This document shows, piece by piece, positions 61,901 to 64,000 of a stretch of DNA of 64,000 bases. The position numbers were made by a program, and so were the translations under genes. This DNA is from Selaginella moellendorffii (Eukaryota; Plantae; Lycopodiophyta): assembly GCF_000143415.4 (NCBI RefSeq), contig NW_003314292.1, forward strand, positions 126,825-190,824, read 5' to 3'. The stretch's first letter is position 1; the number at the start of each line of letters is the position of its first letter. A model generated the notes under the pieces. It was not told the DNA's origin. It ran no database searches and saw nothing but the letters and a program-made list of their open reading frames with translations.

Positions 61901-63085
61901 AACACACTAAGCTACTTTGCTATGTAGCCTAAACTTATGCTGAAGCAAGCTCATTGGCAAGAGAAGCTTGCTAGATATGATATCGAAATCATATATAAAC
62001 CTATTAAAGACAATATTGTTCCAAATGCATTGAGTCGTCAGGTTCAGTTCCGGGCAATATCGGCAATCAATTCAGAATGGTTAAAGGACATTCGGGCTTC
62101 GTATGGAAGTGATCAATTGGCGAAGGCAGTCTTACACCGTGCGGAGTTGTCTATAGCGCACCCTATCTTTCTCCCTTTAAGCTAACTAGAAAAGGGGCAA
62201 TTGCTTGATGAGAGAGCCCTTAGTAGCTATTTTATCCCCATTTATCCCCCAAGGTTCTAAAAATCCACGATGACAGTATATCCAAATCTCATCCTATGAT
62301 CACATGTGCTACACTCACCCCCCCTTTAGAGATGTCAATGTTAGGGGAACCAACACCTTCATTTCCGCACTGAATCTACCAATCCTTCTATTATGTAGAG
62401 TTATTCCATGTGAGGCAACTAGTCATCCAGCCATACCGCAGTCCCACAGTGGATACCTTCATCCGTGGATACTATACACAAGAGGAAGGACATACATATA
62501 GATGCCCAATATTTACGATTTCAAATTTAAGGGTAAGAATATACTTTGCTCAAGGGTATATTATATTTTTAAGTAGCCACTAATCAATGGAAATCGAACC
62601 CGTGCCATTTTCTCTGATACCACATGTAGCACACCCTATCTCTCTCCCCTTAAGCTAACTAAAAAAGGGGCAATTGCTTAATGAGAGAGCCTTTAGTGGC
62701 TATTTTATCCCCATTTATCCCTCAAGGTTCCAAGGATCCACGGTGACAATATATCCAAATCTCATCCCATGATCACATGCGCTACATTGTCGAAGTAGAA
62801 CCCTAGTAGCGAAGCAGTGGAAGTTGCTAGTCGAACCAATATGAAGCTTCACTACTCAGTTTGGGATGGGCTTATATTCTATAAGCAAGAAAGATTGTAT
62901 CTTCCCTCTAAGAATCTGCAGTAGTTGTTTCTGCGGGAACATCATGATGTTCTGGCAGCAAGACATGGTGGAAAGTAGAAGGCTCTAGCTTCATTGAAAA
63001 AGGGGTTTTTCTAGTCTTGTATGGAAGGTGATATAGCGGACTATGTCCATTCCTACCCTATATGCCAACAATGTAAGTGCAAAAC
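58904..63085 (+). pseudogene. gag-pol of the second gypsy element (stops, TRIM insertion)
   Basis: ORF pieces 59216-59512, 59522-60169, 60176-60445, 60593-61039, 61046-61438, 61937-62150 and 63021-63085 carry gag, PR, RT, RH and INT motifs. Confidence 0.93.
62152..62786 (-). mobile_element. TRIM family B (635 bp)
   Basis: LTRs 62152-62313 and 62625-62786, TSD TTGTC, PBS TGGTATCAGAG, PPT GGGGGGTGAG. Confidence 0.95.
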
Positions 63086-63863
63086 TGTAGCGTACCCTAT
63101 CTCTTTCCTCTTAAGCCAACTGGAAAAGGGGCAATTGCTTGATGAGAGAGCCTTTAGTGGCTATTTTATCCCCATTTATCCCCTAAGGTTCCAAGGATCT
63201 ACGGTGATAGTTTATCCAAATCTCATCCCATGATCACATATGCTACATTCACCCTCCTTTAAAGATGTCAATGTCCTCATTGACTATTGACTAACAACTC
63301 CTACTGAGCCAAGAAGAACCAACACCTCCATTTCCACACTAAATCTACCAATCCTTCCATTGTGTAGATTAGCTATTTCATGTGAGGTAACTAGTCATCC
63401 ACCCCTACTAAGCCAAGAGGAACCATCACCTCCATTTCCACACTAAATCTACCAATCCTTCTATTGTGTAGATAAGTTATTCTATGTGAGGTAGCTAGTC
63501 ATCCACCCGTACCATAGTCCCACGGTGGATACCTTTGTCCATGGATACTCCACACAAGAGGAAGGACATACGCATGGATGCCTAATACATATGATTTCAA
63601 ATTTAGGGGTAGCAAAATACCTTGCTCAAGGGTATATTATATTTTTTAAGTAGTCACTAATCAATGGGAATCGAACCCGTGCCATTTTCTCTGATACCAA
63701 CTATAATGCACCCTATCTCTCTCCCCTTAAGCCAATTGGAAAAGGGGCAATTGCTTAATGAGAGAGCCCTTAATGGCTATTTTATCCCCATTTATCCCTT
63801 AAGGTTCCAAGGATCCACAATGACAGTATATCCAAATCTCATCCCATGATCATATATGCTACA
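63086..63863 (-). mobile_element. TRIM family B with ~100-bp internal tandem duplication
   Basis: LTRs 63086-63247 and 63702-63863, TSD AAAAC/AGAAC, duplicated segment ~63305-63510. Confidence 0.93.
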
Positions 63864-63894
63864 AGAACTGAGAAGCAAGCTAGAAAGTTGCAGT

Positions 63895-64000
63895 TGTAGC
63901 GCACGTGGTTTTGACCTTTTATCCTATGGTGATTTACTATAGGATAACACCACGAAGCAGAACCTAAACCCTCTTTGTGCCACATGATAGATGCCACATG
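63895..64000 (-). mobile_element. End of an LTR-C copy inserted in the gypsy integrase (cut by the window edge)
   Basis: TGTAGCGCACGTGGTTTTGACCTTTTATCC... matches 5812-5905 and the reverse complement of 12167-12242. Confidence 0.85.

Larger units (their letters stand above)
53500..64000 (+). mobile_element. Second degenerate Ty3/gypsy element carrying five nested insertions; runs past the window end
   Basis: 5' LTR (start approximate, related to LTR-C) ends GGTGTGCTACA at 55006, then PBS TTTGATATCAGAG. Gag with CFHCGESGHMSSECP, protease IDMGATHS, RT (60593-61438), RNase H (CDAS) and integrase start. Confidence 0.9.

Overview
Eukaryotic plant nuclear DNA, most likely a lycophyte such as Selaginella. 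This is inferred from the GC-rich intronless PLS-class PPR gene and the very short introns; it is not confirmed. Roughly two-thirds of the window is nested transposable elements: two degenerate Ty3/gypsy elements (one a chromodomain-bearing element with both LTRs and a TSD), five 5S-rRNA-carrying Cassandra-type TRIM insertions, a second 162-bp-LTR TRIM family, a 3.3-kb non-coding internal domain found with two different LTRs, a solo LTR, and a complete but inactivated hAT DNA transposon. Host genes are a 9-exon CYP85-clan cytochrome P450, a PLS-E PPR gene, and two distantly related intronless genes (one intact, one disrupted) for secreted proteins with an unrecognised N-terminal domain and a C-terminal bulb-type (GNA) lectin. 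There are also deletion-riddled fragments of PPR, DPH2 and LRR genes. The most interesting signals are (1) the unknown-domain + B-lectin secreted protein family, (2) modular LTR/internal-domain swapping among non-autonomous retroelements, and (3) two retroelement guilds with matching LTR termini, which point to a chromovirus as a candidate mobilising partner of Cassandra.
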